From a virus (lineage: Duplodnaviria > Caudoviricetes), in the IMG/VR virus record IMGVR_UViG_3300027833_001738, positions 2,912-66,911 of that record: a stretch of 64,000 nt of DNA; one strand, given 5' to 3'. A program made the position numbers and the translations under genes. The notes beneath the pieces were generated by a model, which did no database searches, was not told where the DNA came from, and saw only the letters and a list, made by a program, of their open reading frames with translations. Shown one piece after another: positions 17,504-26,687 of the stretch (the first letter of the stretch is position 1; each line of letters begins with the position of its first letter).

Positions 17504-17944
17504 ATGAGTAAATCATTTCTACAATGGTGGTTATTTTTTGTGTTACAAGTAATCATATTGGCAGCCGCATACGTGTATGAATTGCATTTATATATCCTTA
17601 ACAATGACCAAACCTACATTTCCTTTGTATTACTAGGAATCTGGTTACTAACGAGTTGTCGAATTGGTTATAAGATGGGTAAAAATATGAAATCATCGAA
17701 TGAAAAGTTTTGGTTTGTTGCTGAAACTTGTATGGCTATCGGTATGATGGGTACAGTGTTAGGCTTTATTCTTATGTTAGGTGGTTCAAACTTAGCATCT
17801 ATCGACCCGTCAGATGTAGAAGGTATGAAAGGCGTGATTGGTCAGTTAGCCAGTGGTATGGCAACTGCACTATTAACAACTCTAACCGGTCTAATTGTTT
17901 CTGTATCTTTGAGAACACAGTTAATGATTGGAGAGGGTGAGTAA
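17504..17944 (+). CDS. MotA/TolQ/ExbB proton-channel family protein
   Basis: IGMMGTVLGFI and GMATALLTTLTGL TM signatures. Confidence 0.85.
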   Translation: MSKSFLQWWLFFVLQVIILAAAYVYELHLYILNNDQTYISFVLLGIWLLTSCRIGYKMGKNMKSSNEKFWFVAETCMAIGMMGTVLGFILMLGGSNLASIDPSDVEGMKGVIGQLASGMATALLTTLTGLIVSVSLRTQLMIGEGE

Positions 17945-18642
17945 TGTCTAAAAACCGATACGGTTCTAACCTATCGTTCAATGATGTATTGTTTAACGCA
18001 CTTTTAGGTTTTGTAGTTTTATTCGTATTAGCACTTCTGCTAATCAATCCAATTACAAAGAAATCAGATATTCCAGCGAAAGCAGAAATACTTATCACAT
18101 TAGAATGGGATGATGAGTCTGCTGATGATATTGATATATGGGTTCAAGGTCCTATGATGGGCGCACCTATTAGTTTCCAAAACAAACATAGTGGATATAT
18201 GCACCTAGACAGAGATGATTTAGGTAGAACATCTGATTTTATGTGGATAGATGGTGACAGAATAGTTATTAAAATAAACCGTGAAGTTGTGAGTATGCGT
18301 GGTATTGCACCTGGTGATTACTTTATTAATATTCACGTTTATAATAAAGCGACCAATTCAGAGCCAACTAAATACACATTAACACTATTAGATGTTAATC
18401 CGTATAGAGAGGTTTATGTCATGCAAGGAGAACTAAGTGAACGCGGACAGATTATTAAACTTCCTGGATTTACATTAAACGAAGAGGGCGAAGTAACCGA
18501 TGTTTGGACGAGTGACAAGATAGTTGTAGGTGCTAGAAACCTAAACAACGCTTCACAGTTTACACCAGTACCTGATAACACAGAAGATACAGGTAATGAA
18601 GCACTTGAACGCCAACGCCAAGCACAAGAAGACGATATTTAA
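17944..18642 (+). CDS. ExbD/MotB-like partner with a YfaP/DUF2135-like periplasmic domain
   Basis: Single TM with the conserved Asp (SFNDVLF), then L.W....DDIDIWV, LDRDD, PGDY.INIHVY. Confidence 0.65.
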   Translation: MSKNRYGSNLSFNDVLFNALLGFVVLFVLALLLINPITKKSDIPAKAEILITLEWDDESADDIDIWVQGPMMGAPISFQNKHSGYMHLDRDDLGRTSDFMWIDGDRIVIKINREVVSMRGIAPGDYFINIHVYNKATNSEPTKYTLTLLDVNPYREVYVMQGELSERGQIIKLPGFTLNEEGEVTDVWTSDKIVVGARNLNNASQFTPVPDNTEDTGNEALERQRQAQEDDI

Positions 18643-18653
18643 GGAGAATACAA

Positions 18654-19331
18654 ATGTTTTGGAATCAAATGACAGTAGATACAATGATACTGCTTTATAT
18701 CGCAGGCTTGTTTGTGTTGATTCTTGTGTGTTTATATGCTCTCATTGAAAGTAAAGCAAACAAACTTTACACATTCATCATAATTCCATTAGCATTAATT
18801 ATGGCAAGTATGACTTGGCAAGGTATCAAACTTCTACAAGGTATGCCAGTTTATGGTCTACCAGAAAACCAAGAAGTAGAAGTCATGTGGGTCAATGACA
18901 ATAAGCCATGGATATATGCGGTACTAAAAATAGATAAAGAACCAGTTCTTTTTAAGATTGATTGGTCAGAAGAAAATAAAAAGAAGATGAAAGAACTTAA
19001 ACAAGCAATCGGTTCATCTTTGGCACAAGGTAAGTTTAAAATAAAGACAAACAAAGGAGAATCTGAATCTTATCATTTCACTCCTATGCAAGATTTGTCA
19101 GAGCCTGAAGAAAAACGCAGAGACGATGGTGTTACTTTTCAACCAGCAGAGACTAATAACTCATCTGTATTAGATTACGTAGGCGAAGAAACAAGAATTG
19201 AAAGACCAGGAGATTTCAGACCAAGTTTAAGAACAACAGTTACAGTAGTAGATGGAGACCCAGTTATATTTGAGAGACCACCAGTGCGTGAACTCTATAC
19301 GGGTAGTGAACACAACGCAGGAGGAAAATGA
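18654..19331 (+). CDS. membrane protein (2 TM), third gene of the TolQ-like operon
   Basis: Two N-terminal hydrophobic helices; AAGGAG SD. Confidence 0.7.
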   Translation: MFWNQMTVDTMILLYIAGLFVLILVCLYALIESKANKLYTFIIIPLALIMASMTWQGIKLLQGMPVYGLPENQEVEVMWVNDNKPWIYAVLKIDKEPVLFKIDWSEENKKKMKELKQAIGSSLAQGKFKIKTNKGESESYHFTPMQDLSEPEEKRRDDGVTFQPAETNNSSVLDYVGEETRIERPGDFRPSLRTTVTVVDGDPVIFERPPVRELYTGSEHNAGGK

Positions 19332-19600
19332 TGGAAGGTATAGGAGCAGTATTAGTAATAGGGCATTTTATAGTGTCGATATTTCAGGTACAACTAGGAG
19401 GACCAGTTATTTACTCGTTGCCCTTTTCAGATATGAAAACATGTGAGCAATATGCACAGTATTTGCCAAAAGACCCAATTAAATTGGATATAGAATGGAA
19501 TCATTCAACTAGAAGTCAATGTATGACCACTGACCAATTTAAAAAGATGATGGAAGCAAGGGGAGTTCAAAAGCCAGCAACAGGTACGCCTGAGGAATAA
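19328..19600 (+). CDS. small exported/membrane hypothetical protein
   Basis: Hydrophobic N-terminus, two Cys, ATGA overlap. Confidence 0.65.
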   Translation: MMEGIGAVLVIGHFIVSIFQVQLGGPVIYSLPFSDMKTCEQYAQYLPKDPIKLDIEWNHSTRSQCMTTDQFKKMMEARGVQKPATGTPEE

Positions 19601-19608
19601 GGATTATT

Positions 19609-20457
19609 ATGAGAAAACTAATAGATTACATAAAAGAGACATTCATTGGAAGAACAATACGTTGGATATTTAGAAATCCTTATTTTATTGTAGTCATAGT
19701 TTTGCTTGGGGTAGTAGGACAAGATAAAGGCGTTCAGTGGTATGATGAGTACATGGTATTGTACCAAGAAGCAAATAACAAAATTGAAGAAGAAGAGAAC
19801 ACAGGCGGATTAGAATTAAAAAAGATTGATGATGCGTTATACACATTAATGGGTACAGTAAAAGAAGGTGACTGTGGAAAGATTGCAAAAAAAATGCCAG
19901 ACCAAGGCTATTTCACTGTGATATTAGAAAGTCCAGGTGGCAATCTTGCAGATGGTTCTTGTCTTGCGGCACATATGAAACTTCGTAATGTTGTTACTGT
20001 TGTTAGAAGTACACCAGTTATGAATCAACTAGGTGAAATGATTTATACACCAGGAACAAATGTTGACGAAAACACACCAGACTTTATGAAAGGTAAATCA
20101 GTTTGTGCATCAGCATGTGGATTGATGTTTTTAGCAGGCGACAAAAGATACCTAATAGGTGATGTATATTTTGGTATTCATGGTCCGGGAACTCCTCCAG
20201 GTAGTATGAATGGTGCAAATCCTGCGGCTATTGAAAGTTCTGCATTTAGAACAGCATCATCATTGTTGCAGTTGTTGAAATCTTTAGGTGTTGAAGACGA
20301 AGGTTTAAGAATGTTATTCATTCAAATTCCAAACGCAACGATGTATTGGTTGCATCCACGAGACTTTGAAGTTAAACCAGGACTAGTTAGAATAGCAACA
20401 GACTATAGAGATTTCTTTGGCACTACAGGTAGTGACCCAGAAGGTGGTATGAGATGA
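19609..20457 (+). CDS. membrane-anchored ClpP/crotonase-fold protein (COG3904-like)
   Basis: N-terminal TM; L.SPGG, CASAC, GIH motifs. Confidence 0.7.
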   Translation: MRKLIDYIKETFIGRTIRWIFRNPYFIVVIVLLGVVGQDKGVQWYDEYMVLYQEANNKIEEEENTGGLELKKIDDALYTLMGTVKEGDCGKIAKKMPDQGYFTVILESPGGNLADGSCLAAHMKLRNVVTVVRSTPVMNQLGEMIYTPGTNVDENTPDFMKGKSVCASACGLMFLAGDKRYLIGDVYFGIHGPGTPPGSMNGANPAAIESSAFRTASSLLQLLKSLGVEDEGLRMLFIQIPNATMYWLHPRDFEVKPGLVRIATDYRDFFGTTGSDPEGGMR

Positions 20458-20528
20458 CTACAAAAGACAAATTATTGATGACACTCGTTGCAATAGTAAT
20501 TTCAGGATACATAGTATTTCTTAATTAA
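20454..20528 (+). CDS. 24-aa single-TM micropeptide
   Basis: ATGA overlap with the upstream stop; MTTKDKLLMTLVAIVISGYIVFLN*. Confidence 0.4.
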   Translation: MTTKDKLLMTLVAIVISGYIVFLN

Positions 20529-20602
20529 GCATAACTTCTAATTTGTATAAATACAGTATACGATTAAATTCGTATATAAATTTAATCAATTAGAGGTGAC
20601 AT

Positions 20603-21628
20603 ATGTTAAAATCATTTTTTCTAACAAAAGAATACGGAGCATATGCATGGCTAATGTTAGCGTTTCTTTTAAGTATGATTTGGTACAACGTAGAGATATT
20701 AGTTTTCTACAATAGTTGGAACAAAGAAATCTATGACGTAATTCAATCACTACAAGAAGAAAGATTCTGGGAACTGTTTCTGGGATGGGACGCTGGTAGA
20801 TTTTTGAATTTCATTACTTTGACTGAGGGCGTACAACCATCCTTTGTCGAAATCATAGTCCTATATACTCCAATCGCAGTATACGCCACATGGCAAACAC
20901 AACGATACTGTTTTAGATGGCGTGAAGCGAATACTAAACACTATATGACACGTTGGGAAAACTCAACAGCACAAATAGAAGGTGGCTCACAGCGTATACA
21001 AGAAGACTTAATGATTTTTGGTAAGACACTTCAAGGACTGTTCACTGGTTTCTTCAGTGCGATACTTATTCTTTTTGCGTTTCTTCCAATTCTATGGAAT
21101 CTATCAGAGAGTTTGCCAGTTTGGAATGGACAAATTATTCCTGGTTTCTTAGTATGGGTAGCATTATCTGTATCAATTGGTGGTACATTGATATCACTTC
21201 TATTAGGTTGGAAACTACCTAAACTTGAATATAACAATCAGGTAGTAGAAGCCAAGATGAGAAAGCAATTAGTATACTCTGAAGATGATTTTAGTGCAAG
21301 AGCAACATCAACACTATTTCCAATGTTCTATTCAGTTCGTAGAAACTACTATAGACTATTCAATTGGTACATGGGATTTGGTGTATGGCAAACAGCATTC
21401 GGATTATGTGTAGGTAACTTAGCACTAGTTGTATTAGCACCAGCATATTTTGACCAGTTAATTACACTTGGTGTATTATTCCAAGTTCTAAACGCATTTG
21501 GTCGAGTTGAAAGTTCAATGGGCTATTTCATCGATAGATGGACAACAATTGTTGACTTCTTATCAGTCATTAGACGTTTGAGAGAATTCAACAAAGCACT
21601 TGATGATGCAGAAGTAGTAACTACATAA
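20603..21628 (+). CDS. sbmA: SbmA/BacA-family peptide transporter
   Basis: MLKSFF, N.W....YD, FRWR.A....Y, IEG.SQRIQED, NQ.VEA..RK.LV..ED, AFGRV..S, W.TIV...S...RL..F. Confidence 0.88.
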   Translation: MLKSFFLTKEYGAYAWLMLAFLLSMIWYNVEILVFYNSWNKEIYDVIQSLQEERFWELFLGWDAGRFLNFITLTEGVQPSFVEIIVLYTPIAVYATWQTQRYCFRWREANTKHYMTRWENSTAQIEGGSQRIQEDLMIFGKTLQGLFTGFFSAILILFAFLPILWNLSESLPVWNGQIIPGFLVWVALSVSIGGTLISLLLGWKLPKLEYNNQVVEAKMRKQLVYSEDDFSARATSTLFPMFYSVRRNYYRLFNWYMGFGVWQTAFGLCVGNLALVVLAPAYFDQLITLGVLFQVLNAFGRVESSMGYFIDRWTTIVDFLSVIRRLREFNKALDDAEVVTT

Positions 21629-21723
21629 ATGTAAAACTAAGTAGTTAATTATAAACTACGAACAAGTAAATACTAGTCGTACAGAGAATGTCTCTTTGTA
21701 CGACTTTTTTATTGGAGAGGATT

Positions 21724-22176
21724 ATGAAATTATCAGCAACACTTGGTGGAATAGGTTTAGCAATTCCTCTAATAGCAGGACTATACGGAAGTTTAAGTTA
21801 CGTAACTGGATTACAGAATACAATAGAGACAAATGAAAAGCAGATTGCATCTATGCAAATGTCAACTGAAAATGATTTCAAATCATTAGACACAATGATG
21901 AATAGTGAAATAGAAAAACTAGACATTCGTTTGAAGGCTGTTAATGAACTTTATAAGCAAGGACGTGAAGAAATGCTTATTGAGATGACTAACTTTGCTA
22001 CACAGATTGCAAGAATACAAGTATTAGCCGAATCACTAAGAGATGCACAGTATAAACTGGCAAGTGATGCTGAACTACAAGCAATGGAACAAAGTTATTA
22101 TAAGTTGAGTGATGCTCTCAATCAAATGAAATATGACTTGAAAGAGATGCAAAGACAACTCAATGGAGGATACTAA
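21724..22176 (+). CDS. TM-anchored coiled-coil protein
   Basis: ATG 21724 after GGAGAGG; N-terminal TM then heptad-rich helix. Confidence 0.7.
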   Translation: MKLSATLGGIGLAIPLIAGLYGSLSYVTGLQNTIETNEKQIASMQMSTENDFKSLDTMMNSEIEKLDIRLKAVNELYKQGREEMLIEMTNFATQIARIQVLAESLRDAQYKLASDAELQAMEQSYYKLSDALNQMKYDLKEMQRQLNGGY

Positions 22177-22177
22177 G

Positions 22178-22618
22178 ATGGAAAAACAACATCTATTCCA
22201 ACTTTGGGTGTTAGTAATCATAATAGCCGTACTGGCATTATGGACTAAACCTGCAAAGGCAGCCAATGAATATTTAAATAGTGGCGGTAGTCATTGTGAA
22301 ACTGCTACACTAGAACCATATATCGAACTAACTGATGAAGATGGAAACTCAGTTAATAGCGATAACAGTTACAACAACACATCAAATAGAGACTCAGTTA
22401 GAGTTGGTATCAGATTAAGAATTGCACTTGGTTCAACTTGTACTAAAAAATTCAAAGAAACAATGATGAGAAATGAATTATTAAAACAACAGTTAGAAAT
22501 GTTGAAACTATGTGCTAGATATAAAGGACTTGAATTAGGTCCTGAATTTGGTGAAGTAAAGAAGATGTGTTCACAAGTTAATAAAAAGACCGGAGAAGAA
22601 AGCAATGGTGATGGGTAA
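22178..22618 (+). CDS. exported Cys-containing hypothetical protein
   Basis: ATG 22178 after GGAGG; signal peptide (AKA-A), four Cys. Confidence 0.7.
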   Translation: MEKQHLFQLWVLVIIIAVLALWTKPAKAANEYLNSGGSHCETATLEPYIELTDEDGNSVNSDNSYNNTSNRDSVRVGIRLRIALGSTCTKKFKETMMRNELLKQQLEMLKLCARYKGLELGPEFGEVKKMCSQVNKKTGEESNGDG

Positions 22619-22910
22619 TAAAGCAGTCATAGTTTGGAGATGGTCCGCATTGGTTGTGTACTTGACTATCTGTCTGTATGACTTTGTTCTCGTTCCTGTT
22701 TATATGTCAATGCAAGTTCCATACCTAGAAGTGTTTGTTGATATCATTAACAGATTGCCTGACGACCCATTAGTTAGATTAGATATGATGAAAATTATGA
22801 CTGGCACACACTCACCATATACATTGATGGGTGGTGGAATATTCCACTTGGCATTTGGTGCATTGCTAACAGGTACTGCAATGGGCATCAACAAAGACGA
22901 AAAGAAGTAA
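22605..22910 (+). CDS. small membrane protein (holin-like)
   Basis: WR...ICLYDF..P and GGGIFHLAFGA.L hydrophobic segments. Confidence 0.55.
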   Translation: MVMGNKAVIVWRWSALVVYLTICLYDFVLVPVYMSMQVPYLEVFVDIINRLPDDPLVRLDMMKIMTGTHSPYTLMGGGIFHLAFGALLTGTAMGINKDEKK

Positions 22911-22997
22911 AGTACTAATAAAACTTAACTACACACTATATATAGTACGGTTTTCTCTTAAATACTACTAGAGAGTAGTGTTTTAAGGAGAATAGGT

Positions 22998-23231
22998 ATG
23001 AAATTCTTATACGTTGATGTTGACAATCGAAAGGTTGTTGGCTTATTCAGAAATAGCAACGAGGAAATTATAAAACTCAATATAAGAGAGTTACAGATAT
23101 TAACACAGAAAGAGCGTTATATTCTTAATTCAAATATATTACCAGAGTTATTAGAAGCACTCAAGGCTATGGGTCAATACCAAAAGGCAAGGCGTCCTCG
23201 ATGGATGAAACTATTTTGGTTTTTAAAATGA
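22998..23231 (+). CDS. hypothetical protein
   Basis: AAGGAG SD, 77 aa. Confidence 0.65.
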   Translation: MKFLYVDVDNRKVVGLFRNSNEEIIKLNIRELQILTQKERYILNSNILPELLEALKAMGQYQKARRPRWMKLFWFLK

Positions 23232-23237
23232 CTTTCT

Positions 23238-23262
23238 AATCCCGCTTTATGCGGGATTTTTT
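23238..23262 (+). terminator. intrinsic terminator
   Basis: AATCCCGC-TTTAT-GCGGGATTTTTT. Confidence 0.85.
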
Positions 23263-23338
23263 ATTGCTTGACTTTTATATCTACATACTTTAAAATGATA
23301 AATACAATTAGAAATAATTTATTTGTAGAGATAATTGT

Positions 23339-25816
23339 ATGAATTTAAATGATATACTAGAAGCAGAAGGCAAACAACTGGTTATTATATATCCAGGTCG
23401 TTTTCATCCATTCCACATAGGACATGGTAAAGTATACAAATACTTAAAGCAGAAGTATAGCAATGCAAAAGTATTCATTGCTACCTCTGGTAAAGTAGAT
23501 GGCGACAGGTCACCTTTCACTTTCGATGAAAAGAAAAAGATGATGATGTTGGCTGGCGTTGATGCTAGTGCTATCGTTCAAACAAAATCTCCATACCAAT
23601 CTATAGAAATCATGGAAAGATTTGATAAAGACACTACAGTTATGGTGTTTGCAGTATCAGAAAAAGACATGGCAGAAGACCCGAGATTTGATTTCTCTAA
23701 TGGTCTCAAGTTAAAGAAGAATGGCGAACCAGCATACTTACAGAAGTGGACTAATCTCAATGATGCTGAAACATTCGGAACTCGTGGTTACATAGCAACG
23801 ACTCCTACATTCCCATTTGAAGTTCTAGGACAAAAAATTAATAGTGCATCACAAATCAGAAATATGATTTCAAAAAGTGATGATACTAAACTAACTCAAT
23901 TGCTACAAGACTTGTATAGTGTTACAGATGTACCACAAGATGTAATAGAGTTATTCAAAAATAAAATAGGCAATACAGAAACCATGAATGAAAACTGGGA
24001 CGAACACTCGTTTTCTGAATACTTAAAAGAGAACGTTATCGAGGACAATATTATGAAAGACAATATACTACAAGCACTAACAGAAGGCAAAAGCCCACAC
24101 AAAAAGGGAACTAAAAAGTATAAAGCCCATATGGCAGCCATGCATGCCGAGTCAATCGAAGAAGAGTTCGACAGAAAAGTTAAAGAAACAAAGATAGGAA
24201 TTGCGGCAGACATAAAAGATTATGTTGATGACCACAAAGCACACTTCGATGCGTATCCTATGGATGTAGAAGTCAATGGCAAAGTATATGATTTTGATGA
24301 GTACTGGGAGATACTAGATAAAGTTTTTCCAGATGCGTATGACAAACAGTCTGCAAATGAGGGGAGAGGTGAATATCATAACGAACAACACGAGAAACTA
24401 GAATACATTCATCACGTAATACAAGAAACAGGTGAAGATGGTCATAACGATGAGTTGATGATACAACAAGCACTAGAATATGTTGACGATATCAAAGTTA
24501 GAGATGAAGAAGATGAAATGAAATTATCTTACGTTTCAAAGGCATTAAGTGCATCGGTAGACGAAGACAGATACTTTGACCAAAATATGGCAGACCAAGC
24601 ACTAGAATATGTTGAAGATATTAGAGAGCAACATTTCAATGCTGATGGTTCTACAAAATCAGAAAGTGTAAACGAATCATCTAACCACGATATAAAATTA
24701 CTTAAAGCAGTTGCAAGACAAATGGAAGAAGATGCACACAAAGGTGACTATACTGCTATTGAAGAATTATTACAAGATGTTACAGAAGAAGAAATGAAAG
24801 CGTTTCTTTCTGACCACAGAAGTTCTAATGAATGGCCTGAAGAATCAGTAAACGAAGCAGATGTTGATTTAAAACCAATAGAAGGAAGTTTTGATTGGGT
24901 AAACTCAATGTCAGATGGAACACTTAAAACTCTTAAACATGCGATGAATAATGATTGGGATATGCTGGATGGTATTAAAGACCTGGCAGACTTTAAAAGA
25001 ACTATTGATATTTTCTTTACCAACGAAGAAACACCAGTACCAGAAGATATCGCTAAAATATTTAATAAATTATTAGCAAGGGATGAGAAGAATATTGCTA
25101 AATTTAATGAGTTTATACGCCGTGCTTTTATAGATGCGGGAGAAGAACTTGAAGAACTGGAGACGATGTATGAAACAACTGACCACGAAGTAAGTATGGC
25201 TAGAAAAGATGTTAGCAGACTAGCAAAGTATTCTTCAGAGTTAGAACAAATGCTTAGTAATGTTTCTGAAGAAGAAGGATTACAAGGTTGGGTTCAAGCA
25301 AAGATTACTAAAGCGGCTGATTATATCTCAAGTGTAAAACATTACATGGAAGGTGATGTTTCAGAAGTAAATGAAAACTGGAAAGATGTTACACCAGCAG
25401 GTTACGGACCAGATGATTATGACGAGAAAGATGTTGCACCTGAAGCCCATGGTGGTGACTTGAAAAAGATGCAAGATTCATACAAGCATAATGAAGACAG
25501 AAACAATCATTCAGAAAACATTCTTATGTTAGCACAAGCATTTGGTGATAGAGGTGAAATTAAAGCAGTTGAAGGTCTTTTAAAGATAATTAAACGTCAA
25601 GGTTATACAACACCTGAACAATCAGATATGATGTATAAAGCAATTCATAAAAAATACTACAAGCAATTGTTTCCAGAAACAGAGGCAGAAGGTAATAAAT
25701 TCTCAGGCGAATTAGAAAAAGCAAAGATTGACGGCAAAAAGTCATTTGATGTTGATGGTAAAACTTACAAAGTTAAAGAAGCACTAAGTAAACTAATAGA
25801 CAAGCAAAAGATTTAA
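23339..25816 (+). CDS. HIGH-motif cytidylyltransferase-like domain fused to a string of acidic modules (putative head-packaged polyprotein)
   Basis: YPGRFHPFHIGH, SPF.F..K, SASQIR; then modules bounded by ES[VI]xE / [LVM]xE; late promoter at 23297. Confidence 0.75.
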   Translation: MNLNDILEAEGKQLVIIYPGRFHPFHIGHGKVYKYLKQKYSNAKVFIATSGKVDGDRSPFTFDEKKKMMMLAGVDASAIVQTKSPYQSIEIMERFDKDTTVMVFAVSEKDMAEDPRFDFSNGLKLKKNGEPAYLQKWTNLNDAETFGTRGYIATTPTFPFEVLGQKINSASQIRNMISKSDDTKLTQLLQDLYSVTDVPQDVIELFKNKIGNTETMNENWDEHSFSEYLKENVIEDNIMKDNILQALTEGKSPHKKGTKKYKAHMAAMHAESIEEEFDRKVKETKIGIAADIKDYVDDHKAHFDAYPMDVEVNGKVYDFDEYWEILDKVFPDAYDKQSANEGRGEYHNEQHEKLEYIHHVIQETGEDGHNDELMIQQALEYVDDIKVRDEEDEMKLSYVSKALSASVDEDRYFDQNMADQALEYVEDIREQHFNADGSTKSESVNESSNHDIKLLKAVARQMEEDAHKGDYTAIEELLQDVTEEEMKAFLSDHRSSNEWPEESVNEADVDLKPIEGSFDWVNSMSDGTLKTLKHAMNNDWDMLDGIKDLADFKRTIDIFFTNEETPVPEDIAKIFNKLLARDEKNIAKFNEFIRRAFIDAGEELEELETMYETTDHEVSMARKDVSRLAKYSSELEQMLSNVSEEEGLQGWVQAKITKAADYISSVKHYMEGDVSEVNENWKDVTPAGYGPDDYDEKDVAPEAHGGDLKKMQDSYKHNEDRNNHSENILMLAQAFGDRGEIKAVEGLLKIIKRQGYTTPEQSDMMYKAIHKKYYKQLFPETEAEGNKFSGELEKAKIDGKKSFDVDGKTYKVKEALSKLIDKQKI
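24383..24640 (+). repeat. tandem 43-aa internal duplication
   Basis: CAAGCACTAGAATATGTTGA exact at 24467 and 24596 (129-nt period); KL.Y......QALEYV.DI twice. Confidence 0.8.
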
Positions 25817-25820
25817 TACA

Positions 25821-26687
25821 ATGAACTTATTTGAATTGACACAATCTAAAGCCGCACAATCAGAAGTTATTTCTGAGGGTGGTTCTATGCCAGGTGTTGG
25901 TGCTATTCATATTGATGAAATCAATCCAACTCTTATACCATTAGAGAAAGAGTTAGGCATTGATTTAAGAAACAATGCATTAGGTAGTGTTGGTAAAAGA
26001 GAATTCAGTGGTGATATTGATGTTGCATTAAAGATTGATACTGATAAAATACCAGAATTCGTAGAAAGACTTAAGAAAAGTAGCCAAATAATGGACATTG
26101 CAAAGTCAAGTGTGATTATGACTAAGGTTAAAATCATGGACTTTGATGAGACTAAAGAAGATGGTAGACCAAGAACCGGATATGTTCAAGTAGATTTCAT
26201 GCCAGGTGACCCAGATTGGCTAAAGACTTATTATCATTCACCTAACGAAAAAGATAGTCAATACAAAGGTGTATATCGCAATCTAATGATTGCCTCAATT
26301 GCTGGTAATTTAGATATAGAAAACAGTGAAGAAACAATCGAAGACGGTAGACCATTACAGTCAAAAAGATTTATGTTTAGTCCAAGAGATGGACTAGTAA
26401 GAGTTTTACGTAGACCAGTTCCAAAAGCATCAGGCAATGGATATACTAAAAAGAATAACAATAAGATTATTGGCGGTCCATGGAAAACAGCAGATTCAAT
26501 TGCAAAGAATTTAAAACTAGATAATGGCGAAGACCTATATAGTTACGAGACATTAGTTAAAGTGATTAAGAAGAACCTATCTCCTGAAGAGCAGAAAGAA
26601 ATCTTCACAGCATTCACTAACAACAATACAATAAAAAGCATGGGTATCCCACCAGATATCCAAGAGTATTCAAAAGGTGAATTATAA
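25821..26687 (+). CDS. Pol-beta-superfamily nucleotidyltransferase
   Basis: LGS.GK...SGDIDV (GS plus DxD) and a third Asp in VQVDFM. Confidence 0.75.
   Translation: MNLFELTQSKAAQSEVISEGGSMPGVGAIHIDEINPTLIPLEKELGIDLRNNALGSVGKREFSGDIDVALKIDTDKIPEFVERLKKSSQIMDIAKSSVIMTKVKIMDFDETKEDGRPRTGYVQVDFMPGDPDWLKTYYHSPNEKDSQYKGVYRNLMIASIAGNLDIENSEETIEDGRPLQSKRFMFSPRDGLVRVLRRPVPKASGNGYTKKNNNKIIGGPWKTADSIAKNLKLDNGEDLYSYETLVKVIKKNLSPEEQKEIFTAFTNNNTIKSMGIPPDIQEYSKGEL

Noticed and set aside
17504-18642. Zorya ZorAB defence system
   Set aside because: The MotA-like protein lacks the long cytoplasmic tail, the partner lacks an OmpA-like domain, and there are no zorC/D/E genes.
19609-20457. True ClpP partner for ClpA
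   Set aside because: It is membrane-anchored with CASAC/GIH motifs of the COG3904 type and lacks the overall ClpP sequence pattern.
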